64,000 nt of DNA from NCBI GenBank assembly GCA_040285825.1, contig JAUPSS010000005.1:1798001-1862000 (forward strand), in the 5' to 3' direction. The translations under genes were made by a program, and so were the position numbers. How positions within the stretch are numbered: position 1 is the first letter of the stretch; the number at the start of each line of letters is the position of its first letter. This DNA is from Eukaryota sp. TZLM1-RC. Taxonomy: Eukaryota; Protista; Metamonada: BaSk clade. The notes beneath the pieces were generated by a model. It did no database searches and was not told the DNA's origin. It saw only the letters and a program-made list of their open reading frames with translations. Positions 50,752 through 60,602 of the stretch are shown piece by piece.

Positions 50752-53700
50752 ATATTGACCAATGGTTGTTTATTACAATCATTGGTCAAATCTTTAAAGT
50801 CCATTTTGGGACAATTAATATAACAATTGTGGTGTTAAAGTCCGTGCTATGGTCATTTGATTAGTCATTGGTATGATTGGTTGAATGGTCATTGGTATGA
50901 TTAGATGAGTTGCATGTAGTCTTTATGTACTAGATGTGATCAACTTGTGATCAAACTTTGTGTGAAATTGTGTGTTAGTAATGTTGGCTATGTGTTACTT
51001 GATCAGTACAAACTCATGATTACATTTTCAAATGATTTTGTATATATTTGAATTAATTGAGTGTATTAATTTTTAAACATTAAATTGTAAAAAAAGTAAA
51101 AAATCAAAAAGTATACAATTGAATGTTGTAAACTAATAAAACAATTGCTGTAAGTGTAAGAGTATCGTTTTTGATACGATTTACTGAGGCTCATATGAAG
51201 TTCCTAGTTTCGTATATTGACCAATGGTTGTTTATTACAATCATTGGTCAAATCTTTAAAGTCCATTTTGGGACAATTAATATAACAATTGTGGTGTTAA
51301 AGTCCGTGCTATGGTCATTTGATTAGTCATTGGTATGATTGGTTGAATGGTCATTGGTATGATTAGATGAGTTGCATGTAGTCTTTATGTACTAGATGTG
51401 ATCAACTTGTGATCAAACTTTGTGTGAAATTGTGTGTTAGTAATGTTGGCTATGTGTTACTTGATCAGTACAAACTCATGATTACATTTTCAAATGATTT
51501 TGTATATATTTGAATTAATTGAGTGTATTAATTTTTAAACATTAAATTGTAAAAAAGTAAAAATCAAAAAGTATACAATTGAATGTTGTAAACTAATAAA
51601 ACAATTGCTGTAAGTGTAAGAGTATCGTTTTTGATACGATTTACTGAGGCTCATATGAAGTTCCTAGTTTCGTATATTGACCAATGGTTGTTTATTACAA
51701 TCATTGGTCAAATCTTTAAAGTCCATTTTGGGACAATTAATATAACAATTGTGGTGTTAAAGTCCGTGCTATGGTCATTTGAGTAGTCATTGGTATGATT
51801 GGTTGAATGGTCATTGGTATGATTAGATGAGTTGCATGTAGTCTTTATGTACTAGATGTGATCAACTTGTGATCAAACTTTGTGTGAAATTGTGTGTTAG
51901 TAATGTTGGCTATGTGTTACTTGATCAGTACAAACTCATGATTACATTTTCAAATGATTTTGTATATATTTGAATTAATTGAGTGTATTAATTTTTAAAC
52001 ATTAAATTGTAAAAAAAGTGAAAAATCAAAGTATACAATTGAATGTTGTAAACTAATAAAACAATTGCTGTAAGTGTAAGAGTATCGTTTTTGATACGAT
52101 TTACTGAGGCTCATATGAAGTTCCTAGTTTCGTATATTGACCAATGGTTGTTTATTACAATCATTGGTCAAATCTTTAAAGTCCATTTTGGGACAATTAA
52201 TATAACAATTGTGGTGTTAAAGTCCGTGCTATGGTCATTTGATTAGTCATTGGTATGATTGGTTGAATGGTCATTGGTATGATTAGATGAGTTGCATGTA
52301 GTCTTTATGTACTAGATGTGATCAACTTGTGATCAAACTTTGTGTGAAATTGTGTGTTAGTAATGTTGGCTATGTGTTACTTGATCAGTACAAACTCATG
52401 ATTACATTTTCAAATGATTTTGTATATATTTGAATTAATTGAGTGTATTAATTTTTAAACATTAAATTGTAAAAAAAGTAAAAAATCAAAAAGTATACAA
52501 TTGAATGTTGTAAACTAATAAAACAATTGCTGTAAGTGTAAGAGTATCGTTTTTGATACGATTTACTGAGGCTCATATGAAGTTCCTAGTTTCGTATATT
52601 GACCAATGGTTGTTTATTACAATCATTGGTCAAATCTTTAAAGTCCATTTTGGGACAATTAATATAACAATTGTGGTGTTAAAGTCCGTGCTATGGTCAT
52701 TTGATAGTCATTGGTATGATTGGTTGAATGGTCATTGGTATGATTAGATGAGTTGCATGTAGTCTTTATGTACTAGATGTGATCAACTTGTGATCAAACT
52801 TTGTGTGAAATTGTGTGTTAGTAATGTTGGCTATGTGTTACTTGATCAGTACAAACTCATGATTACATTTTCAAATGATTTTGTATATATTTGAATTAAT
52901 TGAGTGTATTAATTTTTAAACATTAAATTGTAAAAAAGTAAAAAATCAAAAAGTATACAATTGAATGTTGTAAACTAATAAAACAATTGCTGTAAGTGTA
53001 AGAGTATCGTTTTTGATACGATTTACTGAGGCTCATATGAAGTTCCTAGTTTCGTATATTGACCAATGGTTGTTTATTACAATCATTGGTCAAATCTTTA
53101 AAGTCCATTTTGGGACAATTAATATAACAATTGTGGTGTTAAAGTCCGTGCTATGGTCATTTGATAGTCATTGGTATGATTGGTTGAATGGTCATTGGTA
53201 TGATTAGATGAGTTGCATGTAGTCTTTATGTACTAGATGTGATCAACTTGTGATCAAACTTTGTGTGAAATTGTGTGTTAGTAATGTTGGCTATGTGTTA
53301 CTTGATCAGTACAAACTCATGATTACATTTTCAAATGATTTTGTATATATTTGAATTAATTGAGTGTATTAATTTTTAAACATTAAATTGTAAAAAAGTA
53401 AAAATCAAAAAGTATACAATTGAATGTTGTAAACTAATAAAACAATTGCTGTAAGTGTAAGAGTATCGTTTTTGATACGATTTACTGAGGCTCATATGAA
53501 GTTCCTAGTTTCGTATATTGACCAATGGTTGTTTATTACAATCATTGGTCAAATCTTTAAAGTCCATTTTGGGACAATTAATATAACAATTGTGGTGTTA
53601 AAGTCCGTGCTATGGTCATTTGATTAGTCATTGGTATGATTGGTTGAATGGTCATTGGTATGATTAGATGAGTTGCATGTAGTCTTTATGTACTAGATGT

Positions 53701-55616
53701 GATCAACTTGTGATCAAACTTTGTGTGAAATTGTGTGTTAGTAATGTTGGCTATGTGTTACTTGATCAGTACAAACTCATGATTACATTTTCAAATGATT
53801 TTGTATATATTTGAATTAATTGAGTGTATTAATTTTTAAACATTAAATTGTAAAAAAGTAAAAATCAAAAAGTATACAATTGAATGTTGTAAACTAATAA
53901 AACAATTGCTGTAAGTGTAAGAGTATCGTTTTTGATACGATTTACTGAGGCTCATATGAAGTTCCTAGTTTCGTATATTGACCAATGGTTGTTTATTACA
54001 ATCATTGGTCAAATCTTTAAAGTCCATTTTGGGACAATTAATATAACAATTGTGGTGTTAAAGTCCGTGCTATGGTCATTTGATAGTCATTGGTATGATT
54101 GGTTGAATGGTCATTGGTATGATTAGATGAGTTGCATGTAGTCTTTATGTACTAGATGTGATCAACTTGTGATCAAACTTTGTGTGAAATTGTGTGTTAG
54201 TAATGTTGGCTATGTGTTACTTGATCAGTACAAACTCATGATTACATTTTCAAATGATTTTGTATATATTTGAATTAATTGAGTGTATTAATTTTTAAAC
54301 ATTAAATTGTAAAAAAGTAAAAATCAAAAAGTATACAATTGAATGTTGTAAACTAATAAAACAATTGCTGTAAGTGTAAGAGTATCGTTTTTGATACGAT
54401 TTACTGAGGCTCATATGAAGTTCCTAGTTTCGTATATTGACCAATGGTTGTTTATTACAATCATTGGTCAAATCTTTAAAGTCCATTTTGGGACAATTAA
54501 TATAACAATTGTGGTGTTAAAGTCCGTGCTATGGTCATTTGATTAGTCATTGGTATGATTGGTTGAATGGTCATTGGTATGATTAGATGAGTTGCATGTA
54601 GTCTTTATGTACTAGATGTGATCAACTTGTGATCAAACTTTGTGTGAAATTGTGTGTTAGTAATGTTGGCTATGTGTTACTTGATCAGTACAAACTCATG
54701 ATTACATTTTCAAATGATTTTGTATATATTTGAATTAATTGAGTGTATTAATTTTTAAACATTAAATTGTAAAAAAAGTAAAAAATCAAAAAGTATACAA
54801 TTGAATGTTGTAAACTAATAAAACAATTGCTGTAAGTGTAAGAGTATCGTTTTTGATACGATTTACTGAGGCTCATATGAAGTTCCTAGTTTCGTATATT
54901 GACCAATGGTTGTTTATTACAATCATTGGTCAAATCTTTAAAGTCCATTTTGGGACAATTAATATAACAATTGTGGTGTTAAAGTCCGTGCTATGGTCAT
55001 TTGATTAGTCATTGGTATGATTGGTTGAATGGTCATTGGTATGATTAGATGAGTTGCATGTAGTCTTTATGTACTAGATGTGATCAACTTGTGATCAAAC
55101 TTTGTGTGAAATTGTGTGTTAGTAATGTTGGCTATGTGTTACTTGATCAGTACAAACTCATGATTACATTTTCAAATGATTTTGTATATATTTGAATTAA
55201 TTGAGTGTATTAATTTTTAAACATTAAATTGTAAAAAAAGTAAAAAATCAAAAAGTATACAATTGAATGTTGTAAACTAATAAAACAATTGCTGTAAGTG
55301 TAAGAGTATCGTTTTGATACGATTTACTGAGGCTCATATGAAGTTCCTAGTTTCGTATATTGACCAATGGTTGTTTATTACAATCATTGGTCAAATCTTT
55401 AAAGTCCATTTTGGGACAATTAATATAACAATTGTGGTGTTAAAGTCCGTGCTATGGTCATTTGATTAGTCATTGGTTGAATGGTCATTGGTATGATTAG
55501 ATGAGTTGCATGTAGTCTTTATGTACTAGATGTGATCAACTTGTGATCAAACTTTGTGTGAAATTGTGTGTTAGTAATGTTGGCTATGTGTTACTTGATC
55601 AGTACAAACTCATGAT
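50683..55616 (+). repeat. ~461-bp satellite, ~10.7 copies; first unit overlaps the 28S 3' end
   Basis: Same unit as 28971-42846. It starts within 28S at ATTGCTGTAAG and is cut at ...AAACTCATGAT. Confidence 0.98.
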
Positions 55617-58600
55617 GTCCTATCTCCCTGTTCCCACCGCCATTGTATGAGGCAGACATCTCTTACAGGGTTTTTTATGCCCTCAAAGTCTCAACCTTCT
55701 TTATCTCCTTCAGAATTCTCTTCTCTTTTGGAAGGTCTAGAAGAGTCCAACATGACTGCCGATGTCAGCGGCATCGAGCAGAATAGCCCTAGTGCTATAG
55801 AGCTGTCCGTGGCAGATTCTCATGAATCTGGCCGAAATCTAGTGTTGGCTTCTTCCTATGACCAAACTCCACATTTATATGCGGAAGATAAGTCCTCTTT
55901 CTCCATTTCACAACTTACCTCTGATGACCCACCCACTTCCTCCGATCAACTTTGCACTGACCCTTCCTCAGATTCTTTCAATCACATTTCTCCAATCTCC
56001 GTTTCAGACGCTACTGAATTCTCTCTTCAAACAGCGCACTCTGATCCAGATAGTTCTCACCTTGCAACTCCATATGATAGTTATCAGCGCTCACCTGGTC
56101 TAGTGGATAAGACCTTTGACTCAGAGGTTGCGGTCCTGAGTTCGAATCCCACCACACGCACATTGTCTAGTGCCTCTCCATTGGGAGGTGCTAATTCCAG
56201 CGATTCTCGTAGTGAGCTTCGGCTCGCTACAAATAACCACTGTGGTGGGAAGGGGGGTTTTTGCTCTGTGTCCCTTTGTGATGATCCCCTCTCTGCTGAT
56301 CTCCAAAATTTAGACCAAATTTCAGGTGTTTGTCAAAATCGTAGAGAAAGAAAGTTCTGCTGCTTTGTCTCGCTCTGCCCCAGAACTGAACCGTTCTCTA
56401 AGCGGTCTGGGTTGACAAGGCATTTGATGAAAATGCATCCTGATGTCAGCCTTGATGTCTTAAAAGCCAATGGATACACAAGATGTAGCTGCTCTGACAT
56501 CATTTCTGTAGAAGGCATCGGGATGCATATAACTAAGAAAGGTTGTGCATTTTCTCTCAGTGAATCTGTCAATAATTCAGAGAGTCCTCTTCTTCCTTCT
56601 GAGGACTCTCCTATTCAATTGTACCATCAACCGATTAACCCAAGCCAACGTTATGGTCTTGGGTTTGGGTATCAACAGGGCCCTCTTGTGACTGAACCTG
56701 TTCGAGATATTTCACATCCACCTGTTTGTCCTTCTGACCTTGATAGTTCTCCTGTTGTCTCTTTTGATGCCAATGATGATGGTGATGAATCTAATCCAAT
56801 CATACTTCCTGATGACGATGGCCACATACTTGAATCGAATGCTTCCTCTGATATGGATGTTAATGTGAATCCCTTGGAGATTTACACAGATGGATCTTTT
56901 CTCAAGAAAAGAAATAAATCTGGCTTTGGGGGCTTTTATACTTTCAAGGATAAGCGATTCGAAATTTATGGCCCATCACGCCACAACACCCATAACGCAG
57001 CTGAGTTTGAAGCTGTTTTGATGACCATTAAATCCTTAGTGTTGCTCTCTCACTGTCCACAACACATTATCATTTTTTCTGACAGTAGCCTTGTTGTTGA
57101 TTCTCTTAACCTAAAAGCATCCCTAAAGAATCCTACTGTCAAAAGAATCCGCAGCCAAATAAAGGATCTCATAAATAGTTCTCGTTTTAGACTATTCTCC
57201 TTCTCCTTTAAGAAAGTGTTGGCACATTCTGACAATACCAATAATAATGTTGCTGATGTTTTAGCAAAACGTGGCGCTAATGGCTCTGAATGTTCACTGC
57301 TGAAGTATTTAAGAACACGTTATCATGTCCTTGAAGGCCCTATACCACTTTGTTCATTACCACCTGACCACTGTGAACACATTGCTGATAGTGATCCCCT
57401 TGACTCGTCCATTTTAGAAAAATCACACAATTGTCCTATCTGTCCCAGTTTCTTTTCCAAAGCAAGATCCTTATGCTGCCATATTGATACGCACCACTCC
57501 TCTATAGACACTGACACATTACACATTAATAATCTGGTTCGCTGCCCAGTTTGCTTGAAGGTATTCTCATCGGTTGGTTTTGACAACCATTTCAAACGTC
57601 ATGAGTCACCGACTCTAGATATGCCCTGTATTTCTGATTCTTTATTTATTCAGCTGAGCAATGAAATTGCAAGCTTCACTTACAAACGGCTCAGTGATCG
57701 TCCCTCATTCCGCTCTGCAGTCAAGTTGGTCACCCATTCTTCCCTGCCAATGGAACAAAAATGTAGATATCTTCTAGTGCTACCGGTAGTTTGCCTAAAG
57801 CTGGACAAAGGCTCATCACTTTTTAAACTTTTCCGATTCCAACACAGGGTTCACAAATTTAATATTGGTCAATGCGAAGATACTTCTTCCTTCTTTTGTA
57901 ACACAACCCCCATCAGACCACATACATTTAGCAATCGAGTCAATATAAAGAGAGTCAAAGAACTTATTCACGACAACGAACTGAGTCGCGCTATGAATCT
58001 GCTATCAAGAGAACCACCAACAGCAAACATAACTAATAACTCCATGCTAGAGCAATTGCAACACCTCCATCCAGCTGATCCAAATTTTTGTCAATATAAC
58101 AATATGCTAACTGAACACTACTCCTACCACGACTCCTCTTCCGTAGCTGACGCAATCCTTAATTCCCCTATGACGGAAGGTGGCCCCTCCCACTGGCATG
58201 CCAAACTTTTGAAACAGTGTATTGATGACCACTTGGTGTCATGTGTACAGTATATAGCAAACGGCCTGCTCAGTGGCAAAATAAGTGAGCCCCTCAGACG
58301 TGTTCTCACTTCCAGTAGATTGCTCGCCATCCCAAAGAAAAGTAATGGAGTGCGGCCCTTGGCAGTTGGAGAACTATTTTACCGCATTGCTGCCGGCCTT
58401 GCGCTATCTAAAGTAAATGTTGACTATTTGATCAATTCAAATCAATATGGCGTGAAAGTCCCTGGTGGTGGTGAAGCTATTGTCCATTCAATTCGTAGTA
58501 ATCTAGGCCTATCTTTCGAAAAACTGATCAAGTTTGATGTGCGCAATGCATTCAATGAGGTCGATCGTTGTCAGCTTGCCCAAGCTGTTGCTGAATATTG

Positions 58601-60201
58601 TCCTTTGCTGTTCCCATTCTTTAAAGCTAGCTATCTGAGCCCTTCCACATTACATTTTAGAAACTCAGTTATTTTCTCAGAACGTGGTGTTCGACAAGGC
58701 GATCCCCTCGGTCCCTTGCTATTTTCAACTGCCCTTGTCCCGTTTACAACACAGCTCCGTACCCTGCACCCATCCTGTCATTTTTATTTGTATTTAGATG
58801 ACCTCTTTGTTCTTTGCAACGACCATGAAACTGATGCTATTGTTGGGACTGTTTCAAGCTTTATCCAAGACATTGGTCTTGAAGTCAATCTTGACAAAAC
58901 TGCTGTTGTCTCTAGCAATGACAATTTCGAGGTGCTTGGTGCACATTTTGGCCCAAACGCCGAAGATGATCTTTCAAGCTCACTCCCACCAATGACTAGT
59001 TCTCTGTTGAAATGTCTCGAATCGCTGACGTTACAAGAGCAATTGCTTCTTGTGAGACACTGCATCAACACCAAACTGTCCTTTCATGCACGTGTTCATC
59101 GCCCAGCAGTCAGCAAGAATCCCCTCATTAGTTGTTTTCATCAAATAGTTTCTTTTGTTTCTTCGGCACTTGGGGTTGTTCCTTTGTTTCCTCAGTTGAT
59201 TTCTCTCCCGTCAGCCAGATTTGGAGGACTCGGTCTCACAAATTATGGGGAAATAGCTCATTTGTGCTTCGCAGCCTCCTACATCACCAGCAATAGGACT
59301 TTAAACCTCTTCCACTCTTCATTGCCACTTGATGATTTAGATCTTATGTGCGCTGAATCATTATTTCATGAACTTGGTACAGCTACCAACTCCCCCAACT
59401 TATCAAAACTTCAAGCTCTCTTAACTCAAAACCACTTTTTGGAGACTCTGAATTCTTTGACTAGGGACTTTAGATCCAAGCCTGCTGTACTCGCTTCATT
59501 TAGGTCGCCGGTAACTGACCCAGCCATAGCACCCATCCCAATCAAATATGAAAACGACGTTCTAATCAATTGCAAACCACTGTCTCAATCACTTTTATTT
59601 ATCAATCCATCTGAGGAACCTGTTGACGATTCATTGCTCAAGTATTTCTTAAGAACCCGCCTCCTCTGTTCTGAATTTGTACATCACTGTCCCTTTTGTA
59701 AACATGAATCCAATTCTCAGTATCATTCAGCCAATTGCGAACAACTATCATCTATGCGAATTAGAAGACATGATGATGTGGTTGAATTGATATCGCAACT
59801 GACAGGCTTACTCAAAGAACAGAACGTAGGTAACGGCAGAGTTGACCTTATTCGTCCCGATGGCAGCGAGTGTTATGACCTCACTTTAGTCGGTGGATAT
59901 TCTACCCCTCTCAATACACTGATTGAACGCCGTAGAATGTCGAAAATTGGTAAATATTCTCACCATGTTCCTTTGGTTCCACTAATCGCATTTCCTTCTG
60001 GAGGCATCGAACGAAGTTTTGTAAATTTTTTGCGTAAAAAAGAGATAGGCTCTTATGGGAAAAAAATATCGCTGTCATTTATAAGATCATGCTTTAAAAT
60101 GAGCAAAGTGTATGCCCGACTTGCCATTTGTGATCTTAGTGATGATTGATCGCTTTAGTTATAGTTTCTTCATTGTGATTGAACATTTCTTTCTTTAATA
60201 A
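55617..60201 (+). mobile_element. RLE-type (CRE-like) non-LTR retrotransposon with RNase H, 3'-joined to 28S rDNA
   Basis: Single intact ORF, 30-nt leader and ~52-nt 3' UTR ending in AATAAA, followed immediately by 28S sequence matching 50352 onward. Confidence 0.95.
55647..60149 (+). CDS. 1500-aa retrotransposon protein: PIP box, zinc fingers, RNase H, zinc fingers, reverse transcriptase, CCHC knuckle, restriction-like endonuclease
   Basis: QTSLTGFF; C2H2/C2HC fingers ~56355-56546; IYTDGS..NAAEFEA..FSDS..AHSD..NVADVLAK ~56874-57280; two C2H2 fingers ~57432-57602; RPLAVGE, FDVRNAFN, GVRQGDPLGP, YLDD (58791), FGGLGL; CPFC..H..C, RRHDDVV, RVDLIRPD..YDLT, KIGKY. Confidence 0.97.
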   Translation: MRQTSLTGFFMPSKSQPSLSPSEFSSLLEGLEESNMTADVSGIEQNSPSAIELSVADSHESGRNLVLASSYDQTPHLYAEDKSSFSISQLTSDDPPTSSDQLCTDPSSDSFNHISPISVSDATEFSLQTAHSDPDSSHLATPYDSYQRSPGLVDKTFDSEVAVLSSNPTTRTLSSASPLGGANSSDSRSELRLATNNHCGGKGGFCSVSLCDDPLSADLQNLDQISGVCQNRRERKFCCFVSLCPRTEPFSKRSGLTRHLMKMHPDVSLDVLKANGYTRCSCSDIISVEGIGMHITKKGCAFSLSESVNNSESPLLPSEDSPIQLYHQPINPSQRYGLGFGYQQGPLVTEPVRDISHPPVCPSDLDSSPVVSFDANDDGDESNPIILPDDDGHILESNASSDMDVNVNPLEIYTDGSFLKKRNKSGFGGFYTFKDKRFEIYGPSRHNTHNAAEFEAVLMTIKSLVLLSHCPQHIIIFSDSSLVVDSLNLKASLKNPTVKRIRSQIKDLINSSRFRLFSFSFKKVLAHSDNTNNNVADVLAKRGANGSECSLLKYLRTRYHVLEGPIPLCSLPPDHCEHIADSDPLDSSILEKSHNCPICPSFFSKARSLCCHIDTHHSSIDTDTLHINNLVRCPVCLKVFSSVGFDNHFKRHESPTLDMPCISDSLFIQLSNEIASFTYKRLSDRPSFRSAVKLVTHSSLPMEQKCRYLLVLPVVCLKLDKGSSLFKLFRFQHRVHKFNIGQCEDTSSFFCNTTPIRPHTFSNRVNIKRVKELIHDNELSRAMNLLSREPPTANITNNSMLEQLQHLHPADPNFCQYNNMLTEHYSYHDSSSVADAILNSPMTEGGPSHWHAKLLKQCIDDHLVSCVQYIANGLLSGKISEPLRRVLTSSRLLAIPKKSNGVRPLAVGELFYRIAAGLALSKVNVDYLINSNQYGVKVPGGGEAIVHSIRSNLGLSFEKLIKFDVRNAFNEVDRCQLAQAVAEYCPLLFPFFKASYLSPSTLHFRNSVIFSERGVRQGDPLGPLLFSTALVPFTTQLRTLHPSCHFYLYLDDLFVLCNDHETDAIVGTVSSFIQDIGLEVNLDKTAVVSSNDNFEVLGAHFGPNAEDDLSSSLPPMTSSLLKCLESLTLQEQLLLVRHCINTKLSFHARVHRPAVSKNPLISCFHQIVSFVSSALGVVPLFPQLISLPSARFGGLGLTNYGEIAHLCFAASYITSNRTLNLFHSSLPLDDLDLMCAESLFHELGTATNSPNLSKLQALLTQNHFLETLNSLTRDFRSKPAVLASFRSPVTDPAIAPIPIKYENDVLINCKPLSQSLLFINPSEEPVDDSLLKYFLRTRLLCSEFVHHCPFCKHESNSQYHSANCEQLSSMRIRRHDDVVELISQLTGLLKEQNVGNGRVDLIRPDGSECYDLTLVGGYSTPLNTLIERRRMSKIGKYSHHVPLVPLIAFPSGGIERSFVNFLRKKEIGSYGKKISLSFIRSCFKMSKVYARLAICDLSDD

Positions 60202-60602
60202 ACTGAATAATTGTCATCCTAATAGTAAAGCAACCCAGTACGAGAGGAACCGTTGTTTCGCATAATTGGTATTTACGCTTATCTGAAAAGATATTGGTGT
60301 GAAGCTAACATGCGTTGGATTATAGCTGAACGCCTCTAAGCTAGTATCCAACCTAGAAAGGATGATATATTGACCTACAAATTTAATCGATAAAGATTAG
60401 GATTGTGTTTACACAGTCCCAATATCTCATCAGTGGGATTGATGTTTAGTCTAAGTACTATTCATTGATCATTGAAACTATGAAGATTCGCAGGATCATG
60501 AAACCTTGGTAGACGACCAAGATACGGAACTCATTGCTGTAAGTGTAAGAGTATCGTTTTTGATACGATTTACTGAGGCTCATATGAAGTTCCTAGTTTC
60601 GT
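60202..60602 (+). pseudogene. Orphan 3' fragment of 28S rRNA (~400 nt, includes the sarcin-ricin loop)
   Basis: Matches 50352-50751 except G50527>A60377, C50660>T60510 and a satellite-type terminal hairpin. Confidence 0.97.

Noticed and set aside
55616-55630. TGTCCTATCTCCC resembling the R1 target region (TGTCCCTACCTACC at ~49702)
   Set aside because: Short, gapped match that does not correspond to the sequence upstream of the actual junction.
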